Part shown: positions 28,507 to 42,395 of the stretch, piece by piece | Layout: each line of letters starts with the position of its first letter | How positions within the stretch are numbered: the stretch's first letter is position 1 | Assembly: GCF_009914755.1 (NCBI RefSeq) | Contig: NC_060940.1 | Reading direction: 5' to 3' (one strand) | Source: the human T2T-CHM13v2.0 reference genome, Homo sapiens | Length of the DNA: 64,000 nt | The notes under the pieces: model-generated | What the model saw: the letters and a program-made list of their open reading frames with translations, nothing else | What the model was told of the DNA's origin: nothing | The model's database searches: none | Made by a program: the position numbers and the translations under genes

Positions 28507-30874
28507 CCCCAGTAGTGCATGGTTCTCCAATTTCTTGGATGGAGTGTGGAGTAGAGACATGGCCCCCACTCTGGTTTGAGAAGAACCAAGGCAGGAGGGT
28601 TGAGAACAAACAGGAAGCCATTCTCCCATGTCCAACAGCATCATCCGTAGCCACTGGGAGACAAATATTTTATGCAAATAAGAGAGTTGGTTCTAGAGAA
28701 GCAGCTTAGATGAGTTTCACTACATAAAAGAAAAAAAGTGAAACAAATGTGCAGTGAGTAAGAAGCTTGTACATTTCAGTGCAGTTTATCTCAGCTCCAA
28801 TCATTCAATCTGATAGGTGGTCAACTGCTCAGTAGCCAAATGGACTGTTCTCGACTCCGGAGAGAGGCCACAAATTATCTGGCTTCTATAAACTCAGACA
28901 AGATTTAACTGGTAAGAAACAAATAAAGTATTGAAATAAAGTATTCTAATCAATTCATTAGGAGAAATGGGGGCGGCCTCTGTCAGGCATGAAGATATGA
29001 AATATGCGTCATAAAGCGTTCGTGTGTGAGTGTGTGTGCGCGTGCATGCGTGAGTGCAGATACATGTGTGTTTGTGTAGTGCCAGGCCTAGAAGATAGAT
29101 AAAAATAACACAAAAGAATCACTGAGTACCTCAGATATCTTTGAAGGAGCACATGGACCTTGTCTCGCCCTCCCCAAGTGCCCAACATATCCATGCGGTC
29201 AGTGCCAGCTTTGCACAGTTAAAATAAAGAAAACAAATATCCAAATATCCAATATCATTGCTGCAAGCTGGCCTTGGGTCTTTGCCGACATCTGACCTGC
29301 TTCACATAACCTCCTGGCCTCTAAAAATAGATATTCTGTGGTACATATAATTTTTATACGATGACTAATACAGGAATGCCCTTCGGGGTAACTTAGTGTC
29401 TTAGTTTCTCTCTTTTCTCTCTATATTTATCTATGTCTTCACTGGCCTCTTTAAATAAAAGTTAGTCTGTAGCCATGGATCAAGAACATTAGCCAAGAAA
29501 TTATTTATCTATGCCTTAAAGGGCTCTACTCTTCTTATCAACATAAGAGTTGCTCATATTTTTTAAAGGGGGCAGAGGGATGGTCTCAGACCTGTTTTGT
29601 ATTTCTCTGCCTTTACATATCACTTTTCCAGATCCAAGGGTCAGTCAGAAGAGGTTTCCACCCACCCCACTCCTTTTCTATTTTATATACAACTGAGTCA
29701 AAAATAGAAAGGTAAATTCTTGGACTATAAAAATATTCCTTATATTAATACTACAGCTTGCTGCTCTAAACCCCAATAAGAAGGGTAGTGTGGTCATTCA
29801 CAACCACTGGAATCTTACTCTGAATTTTACTTTCGTCCTCTGGTTGAGTGAGAGGGAGGAAGACAGAGGAAGACGGCAGGGGGAGGGGGAATGGAAAGTA
29901 TGACATCTGTTCAGATCCCCTCATTGTCCATCTGGTTCATAACCCAAACTTTTGTCCGGAGGTAGGAATTCCAGAAACTGAAGGAGAAAGTCTGCTAGGG
30001 GGGAAAATAACAGAGATCCATTCCTGACTTCCCGTCACCTTTATTTCAATACCAGTGACCTCTCCGCCACCTCCCAGTGACCTCTGTGCCACCTCCCAGC
30101 CGATTAGCTCTGCGTGTGAGGATGTGGAGAGATGAATTTTCTTATCCAGTGATGTCCTTCCTTTGAAAATAACATTCTCCCTCCTCTGTTGCCATCAAAA
30201 CAATAACTGCTTAATGTCAGTGCACTAAGCAAGGTAGTGGCAAGATCCAGGGTGCCCAGAGACAAGAGAGGGCAAGGAAAGCCTGGGAAATTCATGCCCT
30301 CCTGTTCATGCTCCCCTCAGCTCACCTGAAGGCCTCACTGTCCCCATACTACAAGCTCATCTTACAAGAGCCCTTTGACTCTGCTTATATTGTAAACTAC
30401 AATCCCTTGAGGAAAGAGATCAGAATCTACTTGCCTAGGCAACTGGCCTAACATTGGCTATTCAGAAGTACAGCTTGTGAACATCCAAGGAGACTTCTTC
30501 CTTACCTTTGAAGTAGACTGTAAATTTGGTTTACACCTTTCAATGAAAACAGAATCCAAATGTCATTTATTATTTTTTCTGTTACTTAAAATAAAGTTAG
30601 GTGTCACGCACACTCTTGGTTCTTCCTCCTGTGTCTCCTTCTACCTCACCGCATTACCATGTGGTTTTATTCTTGGGAATACAGGACTTAGGCCAGCTGG
30701 GCATCTGAATTTAAAAGACTTGAGTCTCACTCCAAAAATAGTGTCAGAAAGCTGTCCTGGAATGCAATGCCCCAAAGCTAAGCACTCACATACAGGTGAG
30801 TGTTGATGAATTACATGCGATATCCTTTTATCCACCAAACCTGTGATTTACAGAATACTGCCAGTACCACCTAC

Positions 30875-31092
30875 CTTGGACACAGGGTGGGGAACATCAC
30901 ACACCGGGGCCTCTCATGGGATGGGGGGAGGGAGGAGGGATAGCGTTAGGAGAAATACCTAATGTAAATAACGAGTTAATGGGTACAGCACACCAACATG
31001 GCACATGTATACATATGTAACAAATCTGCATGTTGTGCACATATACCCTAGAACTTAAAGTATAATTTAAAAAAAAGAAAGAAAGAAAAGAA
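30875..31092 (+). mobile_element. 5'-truncated L1PA (PA4/5-like) 3' UTR
   Basis: 'ggggaacatcacacaccgggg...gcacaccaacatggcacatgtatacatatgtaac...agaacttaaagtataat' plus A-rich tail. Confidence 0.95.
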
Positions 31093-31189
31093 AACTGTGA
31101 CCAGTTGTCAGGCACACCCTCTTCAGTGTACTGACTGTAAGGGTCTAGAACTAGAAGAAAGAAAGCAGATTTGGAAAGAAACATCCAAA

Positions 31190-31345
31190 ATTTGATCCCA
31201 GGTTCCTCTCTGGACAGTGTGGGCCAACCGCTTCATCTTTCTCAGCTTCAGTTTTACTTTTCTCATTTGTTGGTGATGATGATAACAACAAAAATATCCC
31301 CTCCTTTGTAAGCTTCCTTTGAGGATTAGGTAAACTGCTCTTACA
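31190..31345 (+). mobile_element. MIR SINE
   Basis: 'ctcagcttcagttttacttttctcatttgt...gaggattaggtaa'. Confidence 0.55.
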
Positions 31346-31454
31346 TCAAAATCCTGCTCAAAGATTTTGACCTTCTTTGGTGAAACCTTCATTGACTTAC
31401 TTAGGACAAAGTCAATTTATCAATTCTGCATTTTGAATTCGCCAGGAAAGGTGA

Positions 31455-31830
31455 AGCTCTCTGACTCTAACAAACCACCCACAAATCTCAGTGGCTTTAA
31501 CTGACAGAGGTTTACTTCTTATTCACGCTGAATTTCTATTGCAAGTCCCTAGAGACAGATGTAGACATTGCTTTTCACACTGTAGAGTTACTCAGAGACT
31601 GGCTGTGGATGGCGCCTCGGTTTTCTGATACTATCATCTTAACATGTAGCTTCCTTATTTTCCAGAGCAGGGGAAGAGACCTTAGGCAATCATGTACTAA
31701 CTTTTCAGTGCTTCCACCCAGAAATCACACTTGCCACTTCTGCTTGTTTTATGGGTCATGGCAAATTACAGTACCGTGCTGAGTGGTCAAGAGGTGTGTG
31801 AAAATATCTTTGGATCCAGGAAGGAAAGGA
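31455..31830. mobile_element. MLT1-type MaLR LTR (old)
   Basis: 'aacaaaccacccacaaatctcagtggctt...aggtttacttctt...gcttccacccagaaatcacacttgccacttctgct'. Confidence 0.65.
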
Positions 31831-31922
31831 AATATTAGAAAGTATTAACACCATTTTTCCCACTTGTCTATAATATGCATTATTCATAAAGGACTGAAGA
31901 TAGCATCAAGCATTGCTTCTTC

Positions 31923-32207
31923 TTTTTTTTTTTTTTTTTTTCCGAGACAGAGTTTTGCTCTTGTCGCCCAGGCTGGAGTGCAATGGTGACATCTCGGTCA
32001 CTGCAACTTCTGCCTCCTGGGTTCAAGCAGTTCTCCTGAGTAGGAGTCCTCAGCCTCCTGAGTAGCTGGGACTACAGGCACGTGCCACCATGCCCAGCTA
32101 AGAGAAAGGGTTTCACAGTGTTGGCAAGGCTAATCTTGAACTCCTAACCTCCCCGCCTTGGCCTCCCAAAGTGCTGGGATTACAGGCATGAGCCACCACA
32201 CCCGGCT
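31923..32207 (-). mobile_element. AluSq/Sp-like SINE with internal rearrangements
   Basis: TSD GCATTGCT(T/A)CTT at 31910 and 32208; middle A-rich linker deleted. Confidence 0.9.
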
Positions 32208-32619
32208 GCATTGCTACTTTAGTTCAGCTTTAGAAGCAATAGTTTAGCTGTATGTGATACCGCCATGAAGTCAAGGACAGAGTTGCGTATTCATCATCCA
32301 CTTATTTTCTTTTCTCCCACAGTTGGCAGTATTTATAGAATCAGGATTATGTCCAATTATGTTTGGTTCTGCATGCTGTGCAGACAATAGGTGCTCAGTA
32401 AATACTTAACCAGACAGATAAACCCTTTCTCTAGCTATGAGACTTCATGATCCTAGTGCTATACTCAACATGATATAGATATAAGGCGGTACTTACCAAA
32501 ACTGGTAGCCAACCTACTTTTCATAAAACTTTGGCCCAGGCAGAGTCCATGAAATTTTAGAACATGGAATTCACTGCCAATTTCTGCCAGTCAACAACAG
32601 CAACAACAAAAGGCACATG

Positions 32620-33291
<672 letters not shown>

Positions 33292-33659
33292 TTTCATGAT
33301 AGTGTCAGTAGAGAGACCTTTTATGTATACCATAGGCTTAGACACATGCATCAGGCATCTGTACAGTGTGTTTGTGTGTGTGTATGTGTGGGTGCACATG
33401 TACCCAGAAGCTCACAATGTCTGCACGTCTGTGAGATCCTGGGAAGACTACATACTCAACTGCCAGATCAGCACATTTTATTGAATGATAAAGTGGGTCA
33501 TTTGGTGAATCTATTCTCAGTTCATATCTGCTTTGAGATAGCACAGAGTCACACTCGAACATCCTGTTCCAACCTCGAAGTTTCCTGGTTTTCCTTTGTG
33601 AGGCTGCAACAAAAGTATATCCAAATACACATTGATACTGATGAAAGCATCATCATCAT

Positions 33660-34400
33660 TAGCCTCTAATAGTCATCGAGTACTTGCAGTACCAGGTATT
33701 TTGATGAGTGTTTTATGTTCTCAATCATGTATATGTTTCACAAGAATTCCAAAAGGGAGGCGCTATTGCAATGGCCAATTTTACAGCTGAAGGCATTAAG
33801 GTTGAGTGACCCATTCAAAGCCACACAGCTCTAAGTTCGTGCGGCTGAGTCTTCAAGCCTAGACTCATGCCTATGTTCCTGACCGAACCTGGCTATAGGA
33901 GGATGTTACTTTGCCTAGAATTCCGCTCTGTGGCTCTTTACCCCATCAGTCTTTTTCAATTAGGAACAGGTTGCTGATTGCTGCACATGAACTTCAGAAC
34001 AGATGGCTCCTAGAAATACTTCAGATGCCATGAGATCCACCACCTTGAAATGTCAAAGCAGCAAAATTCAAACCCAGGGGCCCTGGGTGCCAGTGAGACA
34101 GCTGTTATCTTTTTTACTCACCAGACGAGGTCACAGATAGAATGTGAAACCTCTGAACCTCAGAATGACAGTCGCCGTTGATTGAGCACCTTCTATATTT
34201 CAGGCCCTGAATTCCTGGCTTGATGTAGGTTCTCATGGTATGCATGTGACATGGATACTATTTAACCCCATTTCACAGACGCGTAAACTGAATCTCAAGT
34301 GGATAAAATAACTTTGTTCTATAATTAATGATCTAAAAAGTCAGAATTTGAGTCTTTATCTGTCTGGCTGCAGAGTGCAGAGTGTGAAATCTATTCTACA
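33660..34400 (-). mobile_element. Two MIR fragments (about 33660-33880 and 34170-34400)
   Basis: 'caattttacagctgaaggca' and 'ccccatttcacagacgcgtaaactgaatctca'. Confidence 0.6.
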
Positions 34401-35023
34401 TACTGCACCAAGAAAGAAAATTAAAAGGCATTATTTTTCCTTTTCACTTCAAAAACAGTTTTGAAAAAGAAGAATGAGAAGAATGATCACTATAGCAGAT
34501 ATTAAATTTATCATAAAACTATAAAAAAGAGTTCTGTCCTATTTTAAGAATCAACAAATAAATAGATGAATGAAGTAAAATAGCCCTGAAACGTTTCTGC
34601 GTGTGTAAAATTAAAGCACAGTACAAGATGCATATACAAACCATTAGAGAAAGGAAGGCTTCTTTTGACAAACACTGTTAGAAAACTGGTGATTTATACA
34701 AAAATAATTAAGCCAGCATCTGATGTGAAATACCCAAATAAATTCTAAATGCACTGAATATTTAAATGTCCGATATAAAAACCATAAAAATGAAGAAAGT
34801 ATGGGGGAAGAATTAACTGATGCTTATGGAATCTTTTCAAACACTAAAGCAAAGAAAGAATATTAAACCTGACTACACTTTATTTACAAACTAAATATTA
34901 TACATGTAAAAATATAACTATAATTAAAAGGCCAGAGATAAACATGGAAGAAATTTTATCACAAATATTGTTCCATTATATATTGCTGGGAGATATAAAT
35001 TGCTGGGAGAAATCACCCGGGAA

Positions 35024-35205
35024 CATGGTGGCACATGCTTGTGGTCCCAGCTACTCAGGAGGCTGAGGCAGGAGAATCACTTGAACCAAGGAGGTGGAGG
35101 TTGCAGTGAGCTGAGATCACACCACTACGCTACAGCCTGGGTGACAGAGCATGACTCTGTCTCGAAAGAAAGAAGGAAAGAAAGAAAGAAAAGAAAAGAA
35201 AAGAA

Positions 35206-35237
<32 letters not shown>

Positions 35238-35240
35238 AAA
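35024..35240 (+). mobile_element. 5'-truncated Alu (right arm only) with (GAAA)n tail
   Basis: 16-bp TSD AGAAATCACCC(G/A)GGAA at 35008-35023 and 35241-35256. Confidence 0.9.
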
Positions 35241-35550
35241 AGAAATCACCCAGGAAAATACAAACACTCTTGAAAAACAAGATGAGGTAGAAAAGGAAAA
35301 GAACAGACAATTCATGGAAGGAGGAACAAAAACGGCCATAAATAAAAATACAGAAAAATGTTCAAGAGTAGACAAAGATGAATACAAAGACATTATTTTG
35401 CTTGACTATGAAAGAAAGTTTTGTAAAATGAATAATTCTAATAAGGTAGTTACAGTGAAACTGGGTATCTCCTGTGGTATTTGTGGTAGTATAAACTAAT
35501 TCAGTCTTTCTGGAAAGCAATCTTATTATATGCATTAAGTTTTAAAATTA

Positions 35551-35868
35551 GGCCAGGTGTGGTGGCTCATGCCTGTAATCCCAGCACTTCGGGAGGCCGA
35601 GCCGGGTGGATAACCTGAGGGCAGGAGTTTAAACCAGCCTGGCCAACATGGTAAAACCCTGTATCTGCTAAAATTACAGAAATTGGCCGGGCTTGGTGGC
35701 ATGCACCTGTAATCCCAACTACTAGAGGGGGCTGAGGCAAGAGAATCACTCGAACCCAGGAGGTGGAGGTTGCAGTGAGCCGAGATCGCGCCACTGCACT
35801 CCAGCCAGTGTGACAGAGCGAGACTCCACCTCAAAACAAAACAAAACAAAAGAGAAAGAAAGAAAAGA
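35551..35868 (+). mobile_element. AluS SINE
   Basis: Full dimer; TSD AAGTTTTAAAATTA on both sides. Confidence 0.95.
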
Positions 35869-37209
35869 AAGTTTTAAAATTAACTATAACAATTTTTCGT
35901 GAACATTTATAATAAAGATATAATCAGAGATTCAGACTAAGATTTATAAAGATGTTCAATATAGTGTTATCTATAACAGGAAAAATGGAGACAATCTAAA
36001 CATCCAATAATAGTTTGATAATTAAATAGTTTCATTCATAAAGTATAATATTCTGCAGCTTTGGATAATGTTAATTACACATAGCCTAGTGCTAAACGGA
36101 AAAATGCAAGATGCATGCCTTTCTAAATGCCACATGATCACAATCATGTCAGACACTCTGAGGCATGTGTGCATTGAAAATCTATTGCAAAAAGATTCTC
36201 CGAGGTAAAAATGGTGATTTTTTTCTCTGATGAAATTATGAGTGATTTTTAGCTTTTCCTATATCCTTTACTGTAAGTATGAGATGATTTCTGTAACAAA
36301 AAAATATATATATAAATTTTAAGCAAACATAGCCAGGTGAGTCTCTCCTGAAGCCCACTGCTGGGAGGAGCCTCATTTGTGAGCTGTCCCTGCTAAGGGG
36401 AAGAATTGAGACTGCAGTGGTAGAGTCAGGGCCAAAAGGATCCCCAAGAGGTCACCACAGGAGCATGCAGCCACCGAGGCAGGTGGAGGACCAGAGGCTG
36501 TAAAGGAATGAGGTGGGATTATCAGACAGGTTACGTGATGAAGACTCTGAGAAAAAGCTGGCCAACTAGATGGAACACAGCACCTCCTTGTAATCCCCAG
36601 GGAGGCCATCTCCAGACACATCGAGATTGCAGTTAGGGCATGAGAGCTCAGTAACTCTGCTTCCCTGAAGTCCCTGCGCTCTGGTGTCACTGGCTCCCAG
36701 AAGAACCATGAGAACCAAACAAACCTGATTCCAACGCTTCAACCACTCAGCCTCCCAGCGAGATCAGTTACTCTGAAGACAAGGGCATCCACGCACCAAA
36801 AGACTCACTGGCCAGCTCAGACGAAGCCAGCTGGAGGACTGGGTCCATCACAGGGGCTTCCTCTCCCATCAGCACCCCACCCTGCTCATGGTCAACAATG
36901 CTCATTGGCATGGTCAACTGGCTAGGAACCTCTGTGGGAAGCCAGACCACTTTGCTGGGTGTCTGCTTCCCGGTGCATGCCGGGGAGATGGCAGATGACC
37001 TTGTGAAGGTCTAATGAGGTTGACAATGTAGATCGAATTTTGCGTGGCACAGGCTGGAAATAAACAATTCAGTATCCAAATATGAGCATCAGGACTCACC
37101 CTCTTCTCTGACATGTGGGGAAAACAGCTATCTTAGGGTTATTTGGGAAAAGTAAAGGAGTTGGTCTGTAAAAAATTTAGCGGCATCTGCAGTGCACAAT
37201 CTAGGTTAA

Positions 37210-37535
37210 TTATTACTCTTTACTGCTACTACTGTACTTTTACCATTAATACGATTATCACCACTACTACTATTGCTATTACCGCTAGTACTATCACTAC
37301 TACTATTTACTACGGTTACTACAACTGCTATTTTTAGCACTACATCACACTACTACGGTTACTACTGCTGTTGCTACCATTACTACTATTGACACGATTA
37401 CTGCTATCACTATTCCTGTTACTACTAGAGCTGCTGCTACTGATATTACCACTACTATACTAATCTAATAGTGCTATAATTATTGCTATCACAATTACTT
37501 TTACCATTACTGTTACTACTGCTGCTTCTTCAACG
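37210..37535 (+). repeat. Degenerate (TAC/TAT/TGC)n trinucleotide low-complexity tract
   Basis: About 320 bp of actact/attact/gctact units. Confidence 0.85.
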
Positions 37536-37986
37536 ACTGCTATCGTACTCTAAGCCACCTCATGCGTTTACAGCAACCACACATTCCAGATTTAAGGGAA
37601 ATCATCTTGGTTGGAATTATTCTGTCTCATCACCTCCAAAAGTCCTCTCACAACTGTCAGACTATGCACCTGTTCGTGCAGAAAATATTTGTACCCGTAA
37701 CCCAAACCCTTGTTGAGTGAGGCAGTCATGCGCAGGGCTGAAGGAGCCTGCGTCAGTCCCTGGCAGGGACTCTAGGCACAGTAGTACCTGCTTCCCAAAC
37801 CACCAGAAAAAAAAAAATAATAATAAATGCTGCTACACAGGAGCTGTTCTCCTTTTAAGGATAAGGAAACTGAGGCTTAGGACAATACGTAATATGGCCA
37901 AGTTCATACAGCTGGTGAAAGACGAGACCCTAATTCAGACAAGGTTCTACCAGGGCCCTTGTTACCAGCTAAGCTACTAGGGTTTT

Positions 37987-38284
37987 TTTAGTTTTTTTTT
38001 TTTTTTTTTTTGAGATGGTGTTCCAGTCTGCTGCCCAGGCTGGAGTGCAATCTTAGCTCACTGCAACCTCCACCTCCGGGTTCAAGAGATTCTCCTGCCT
38101 CAGCCTCTTCAGTAGCTGGGATTAAAGGCAGGCACCACCACGCCCAGCTAATTTTTGTATTTTTACTAGAGACGGGGTTTTACCATGTTGGCCAGACTGG
38201 CCTTGAACACCTCACCTCAAGCGATCCACCATCCTCAGCCTCCCAAAGTGCTGGGATTACAGACATGAGCCAACAAGCCCGGTT
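37987..38284 (-). mobile_element. AluS SINE
   Basis: TSD CTACTAGGGTTTT 37974-37986 and 38286-38298; short right-arm deletion. Confidence 0.93.
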
Positions 38285-39589
38285 ACTACTAGGGTTTTGA
38301 ATGATTAAAAAACAGGTTCAGATTGTGGCATTTGCTCAGTTTCCTCAAGGCATGAGATAGGCTTTGGAATAAAAAGCTAAGCTGGTTGGTCCCAGTTCTC
38401 CTGACTCCAAGCGTTTCAGTCTTTGGTGACAATTTCCTCCAACTGCTAATGACAATTCAGCGGCAGGTGACCATCCTTGCTGGGACACGGGGCTCCTGGA
38501 GCAAGTCCTGTGCAGCTGAAGAGGGGAGCGAATGGGAACTTTGGAAGGAGGAGGAAACAGGAAGTCCAAGCGAGCTCCACGAAGCCTCCGGGCAGGAACG
38601 CAAACAGGAAAGCGGTTCTCAGCCAGTGGTGGCCTCTCGCTAGCTAGGTCTGGTGTCCCCAAGGCCCCCCTGGTGCGTGTTATTTTTGGACCATGCCACG
38701 TGGTGAGTAAGTGCCTGTTGGATTAGATAGAGTCAAGGCCAGCTTCCAGGCTGGTGTCTCCCAAGCAACAGGGGTCAGTGGCCCCAGGGACATGGCCTAT
38801 GGCGGAGTTTCAAATCACACTACCCCCAGCCACCCCCCAGACATCTCTGAGGCCCTTGGATAACAAAAGGAAGCAGGGAAAGAAAGAGGGAACTGCTCTT
38901 CCTTCCCCTCCAATCAGAGGTCTCCACTCTGGGTACAGTGGCCAGATCTGATGACCTTAGCAAAGCCGCTCTTGGCCTGGAGAATCTTGCAAGCTTGGAC
39001 TTTCTGGGGCTCGTGCACTGATGGGCAAGCTGGGTTTCCTGGACTGGGAGGGTTTAGCTTCCTTCCCCTTTGGGACTCATACCTCAACCCCATAGCAATT
39101 CACTGAACTGCTCCTGGCCTTGGTTAATCTTCAGTGACCATGGCTAGTAGATCATGATAGACTTTAAGAAAGGAGTGTCAAGGCAGTTGGTTTCCACATA
39201 AGTTAGACTCTGGGTGGTTTTTATATCATAAGCTAGCACATCTGACCTATAATAGTAAAGAAATTATCCCATTGTGTGACCTTACAGGATTGCATATGTG
39301 TGTGCATGCACACGTGTGTGTATGTGCAGTTATGTTTTCTCTCTCCATCTCTCTCTCACAATCACATAAACAATAAAAAACAGTAAATGTTAAGCCTTTT
39401 AAAAGCAGAACCACATCATTTTGAGTTTTGCATTTCACTAGACAAAGTGGGAACATTCGTGGTAACATCATGAAGAGTGATAACATAGTAATAAAAGCAG
39501 ATTTTTCTCAGGCATTTAAAAGGATAAGAGACAAAGGTAGGCGCGATCCATGCTAGCTGGGTCTGTCCATATGATTCCCCAGTATCTTG

Positions 39590-39805
39590 GAGACAGGCAA
39601 GAGTGTAGCTAGAATGGGATTTTAAGCCAGGGAGAACTGGGGACCAATCCCGGTCAGACACCATGACCCTGGTCAAGTGCCTCCTTCCCACTTATCTCAT
39701 ACACAAAATGGGAATGGTGCCTACAGTAGAGGCTTTCTGCCAAGATGACAAGAGCCACTTACACAAAGAGCATGTGGTGGACACCTAGCGGATGTTCAAC
39801 AAATG
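39590..39805 (+). mobile_element. MIR SINE
   Basis: 'ccatgaccctggtcaagtgcctc...caaaatgggaatgg...gatgttcaacaaatg'. Confidence 0.6.
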
Positions 39806-39922
39806 TCTGGATGTTCTCAAGATGGCGGGCAGTCCCACCTTTCCAAAGCCTTTGCGGGCAGGACAGACGCGCTCAGTCACAAAATTCCTTTCCTTTGTCT
39901 CAATGCCCCACGTTCTGGGTAA

Positions 39923-40314
<392 letters not shown>

Positions 40315-40524
40315 CAGGCCCTCTTTTCTTGTACCAAGGTAGAGAGACAGACACCAAGAGACACCCCCATCTTTGAATGCTAGACTAAAAACGGGAAAAT
40401 GTTTGTAAAATTAAGTTTTAAAAAGCTACCCCAACAAGTGGTATGATATGGTCAACCGTGGGGGGGAAAGTTTGCACAGAGAATCAAAGAATATACACTA
40501 AAATAAGAGGAGCAACTATTAAAT

Positions 40525-40728
40525 TTACAGTTCAACACAGTAGGAACTAGCTACATATGGCTATTTAGATTTAAATTAATTAAAATTAAATAGAACTAAG
40601 CCTTCAGTTCCTGACACACTAGACTCATTTCAAGTGCTCGGTCATCACACATGGCAGATGGCTACTGCATTGCACAACACAGATCTAGAAAAGTCCATCA
40701 GCAGAGAAAGTTTTACTGGACAGCACTG
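40525..40728. mobile_element. MER3-like hAT-Charlie MITE
   Basis: 'ctagctacatatggctatttagatttaaattaattaaaattaaa...catttcaagtgctc...gaaagttttactggacagcactg'. Confidence 0.8.
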
Positions 40729-40821
40729 ATGTAGAGATGGAGGTATTTTGAGTGATTTCAAAATTTTATTTCCCTAAATAATATTCCATCATTATTTTTT
40801 TCCTATAAAAATGTAAATAGC

Positions 40822-41119
40822 AGCCGGGCATGGTGGCTCATGCCTGTAACCCCAGCACTTTGAGAGACCGAGTTGGGTGGATCACAAGGTCAGGAGATCG
40901 AGACCATCGTGGATAACATGGTGAAACCCCGTCTCTACTAAAAATACAAAAAATTAGCCAGGCGTGGTGGCAGGTACCTGTAGTCCCAGCTACTCAGGAG
41001 GCTGAGCAGGAGAATGGCGTGAACCCAGGAGGCGGACCTCACAGTAAGCTGAGATTGCACCACTGCACTCCAGCCTGGGCGACAGAGCACGGCTCTGTCT
41101 CAAAAAAAAAAAAAAAAAA
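40822..41119 (+). mobile_element. AluY-like SINE
   Basis: 'ggtcaggagatcgagaccatc', 'gagaatggcgtgaaccc'; TSD aaaaatgt(aa/ca)(a/g)tagca. Confidence 0.93.
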
Positions 41120-41654
41120 TGTCAGTAGCAACAGACAAAATACTAAAATATTATTTTATGTATTGATATGGCACCTTACTTACATTCATTCATGTTTGGT
41201 AAAACTGAAATCACAGAAAGAGGTGCTAACCTAATAACGAGGGACTGATCCTTAGACAGGACTTTCATGTTTGGCCATTGCTAAGTTAAGCCTCATGGGG
41301 CTTGAGGTGGTTCTCTATGAACTCAAGCAATCTTGGGTCAGGGACCACTGGCTCCCTCAGGCCAGGATGGTGTCCTTCACCACTTTCCAAGAAGACACTC
41401 AGCATGCATTTCTGTTGTTTGTTTTCCTTCTTAACTCCTGGAATATTAAATAGATGATCTCAGAATCTTTCCCTCCATGGTTCTAAATTATATCCTTAAA
41501 TAATGTGGAGGAAAAAAAAGTGAGAAAGGGCAGAACATGCATTACAAAGTAGACTCAGACACAGGACATTGTTTTGGACCTCAACTTCCCGCAAATCAAG
41601 CTTGGAGAACATACACAGTGTCTGTGTACTGAGTGAAAGGTGGGGAATGCAGAA

Positions 41655-41822
41655 CTGGACATGCTGCAGAACTGAGGGGGCCCATGCAAAACGACAATGC
41701 AAGGTTCCTTGTTCAAAAAGTATCAAGAGATTCAAGGGGACAGCAGAATGTTAAATCAAGTGTGGCACCCATTTGAGCATGAGTACAACTGCACACATTG
41801 CATGCCTATGAAGATGGACCCC
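41655..41822 (-). mobile_element. MER91A-like hAT MITE
   Basis: Reverse-complement similarity to the 6985 copy: 'ggggcccatgcaaaacgacaatgc...ccttgttcaaaaagtatcaaga'. Confidence 0.7.
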
Positions 41823-42032
41823 ATGCAGAATTCCAGTTTTTCACAAGCCATTGGAAAAAAAAAAAAGATTTCAATAGAAAACCGTGGACATTACAAAATT
41901 TACCAGAAATTTTTGTAAGTATCACTGCAACCCCCACCCCCCCACAGAGGCATCTTATTTTTTGGTCTATCTTTGATCTCAATACTAAAATTCAAAGTAT
42001 TTCTATGTAAGCTATTTTAAAATATGGATGCC

Positions 42033-42395
42033 CATAGAAGCAGAGAGTAGTACGGTGGTTACCAGAAGCCAGGGGATGGGGAGTGGGGGAGATGTTTTTC
42101 AAAGGACATAAAATTTCAATTAGAGAGGAGGAATAAGTCCAAGAAATTCATTATACAACCTGGTCACTATAGTTAATAACAATGTATACTTCAAACTTGC
42201 TTAGAGAGTAGATTTTAAGTGTTTTCACTACCAAGAAAAAAATAAGTATGTGGGGTAATGCATATTTTAATTTGCTTGATTTAATTAATCTAATTAATTA
42301 GCTATTTCACAGTGTAAACATACTTTAAAACATTATACACCATAAATATATACATTTTTGTCCATTAAAAATAGATAATAAATTATAAAATAAAA
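42033..42395 (+). mobile_element. L1MA-like 3' UTR fragment
   Basis: 'catagaagcagagagtag...ggtggttaccaga...gagagtagattttaagtgttttcac...ataagtatgtg' plus A-rich end. Confidence 0.88.

Larger units (their letters stand above)
34480..36310 (+). mobile_element. Highly diverged L1M(E)-like relic hosting two Alus
   Basis: A-rich strand bias and L1-like motifs 'ccaaataaattctaaatg', 'ctttctggaaagcaat', 'aagatgttcaatatagtgttat'. Confidence 0.55.

Noticed and set aside
30837-31100. Possible TSD aaa(c)ctgtga around the L1PA, implying ~28 bp of extra 5' sequence
   Set aside because: Match is short and imperfect; chance cannot be excluded
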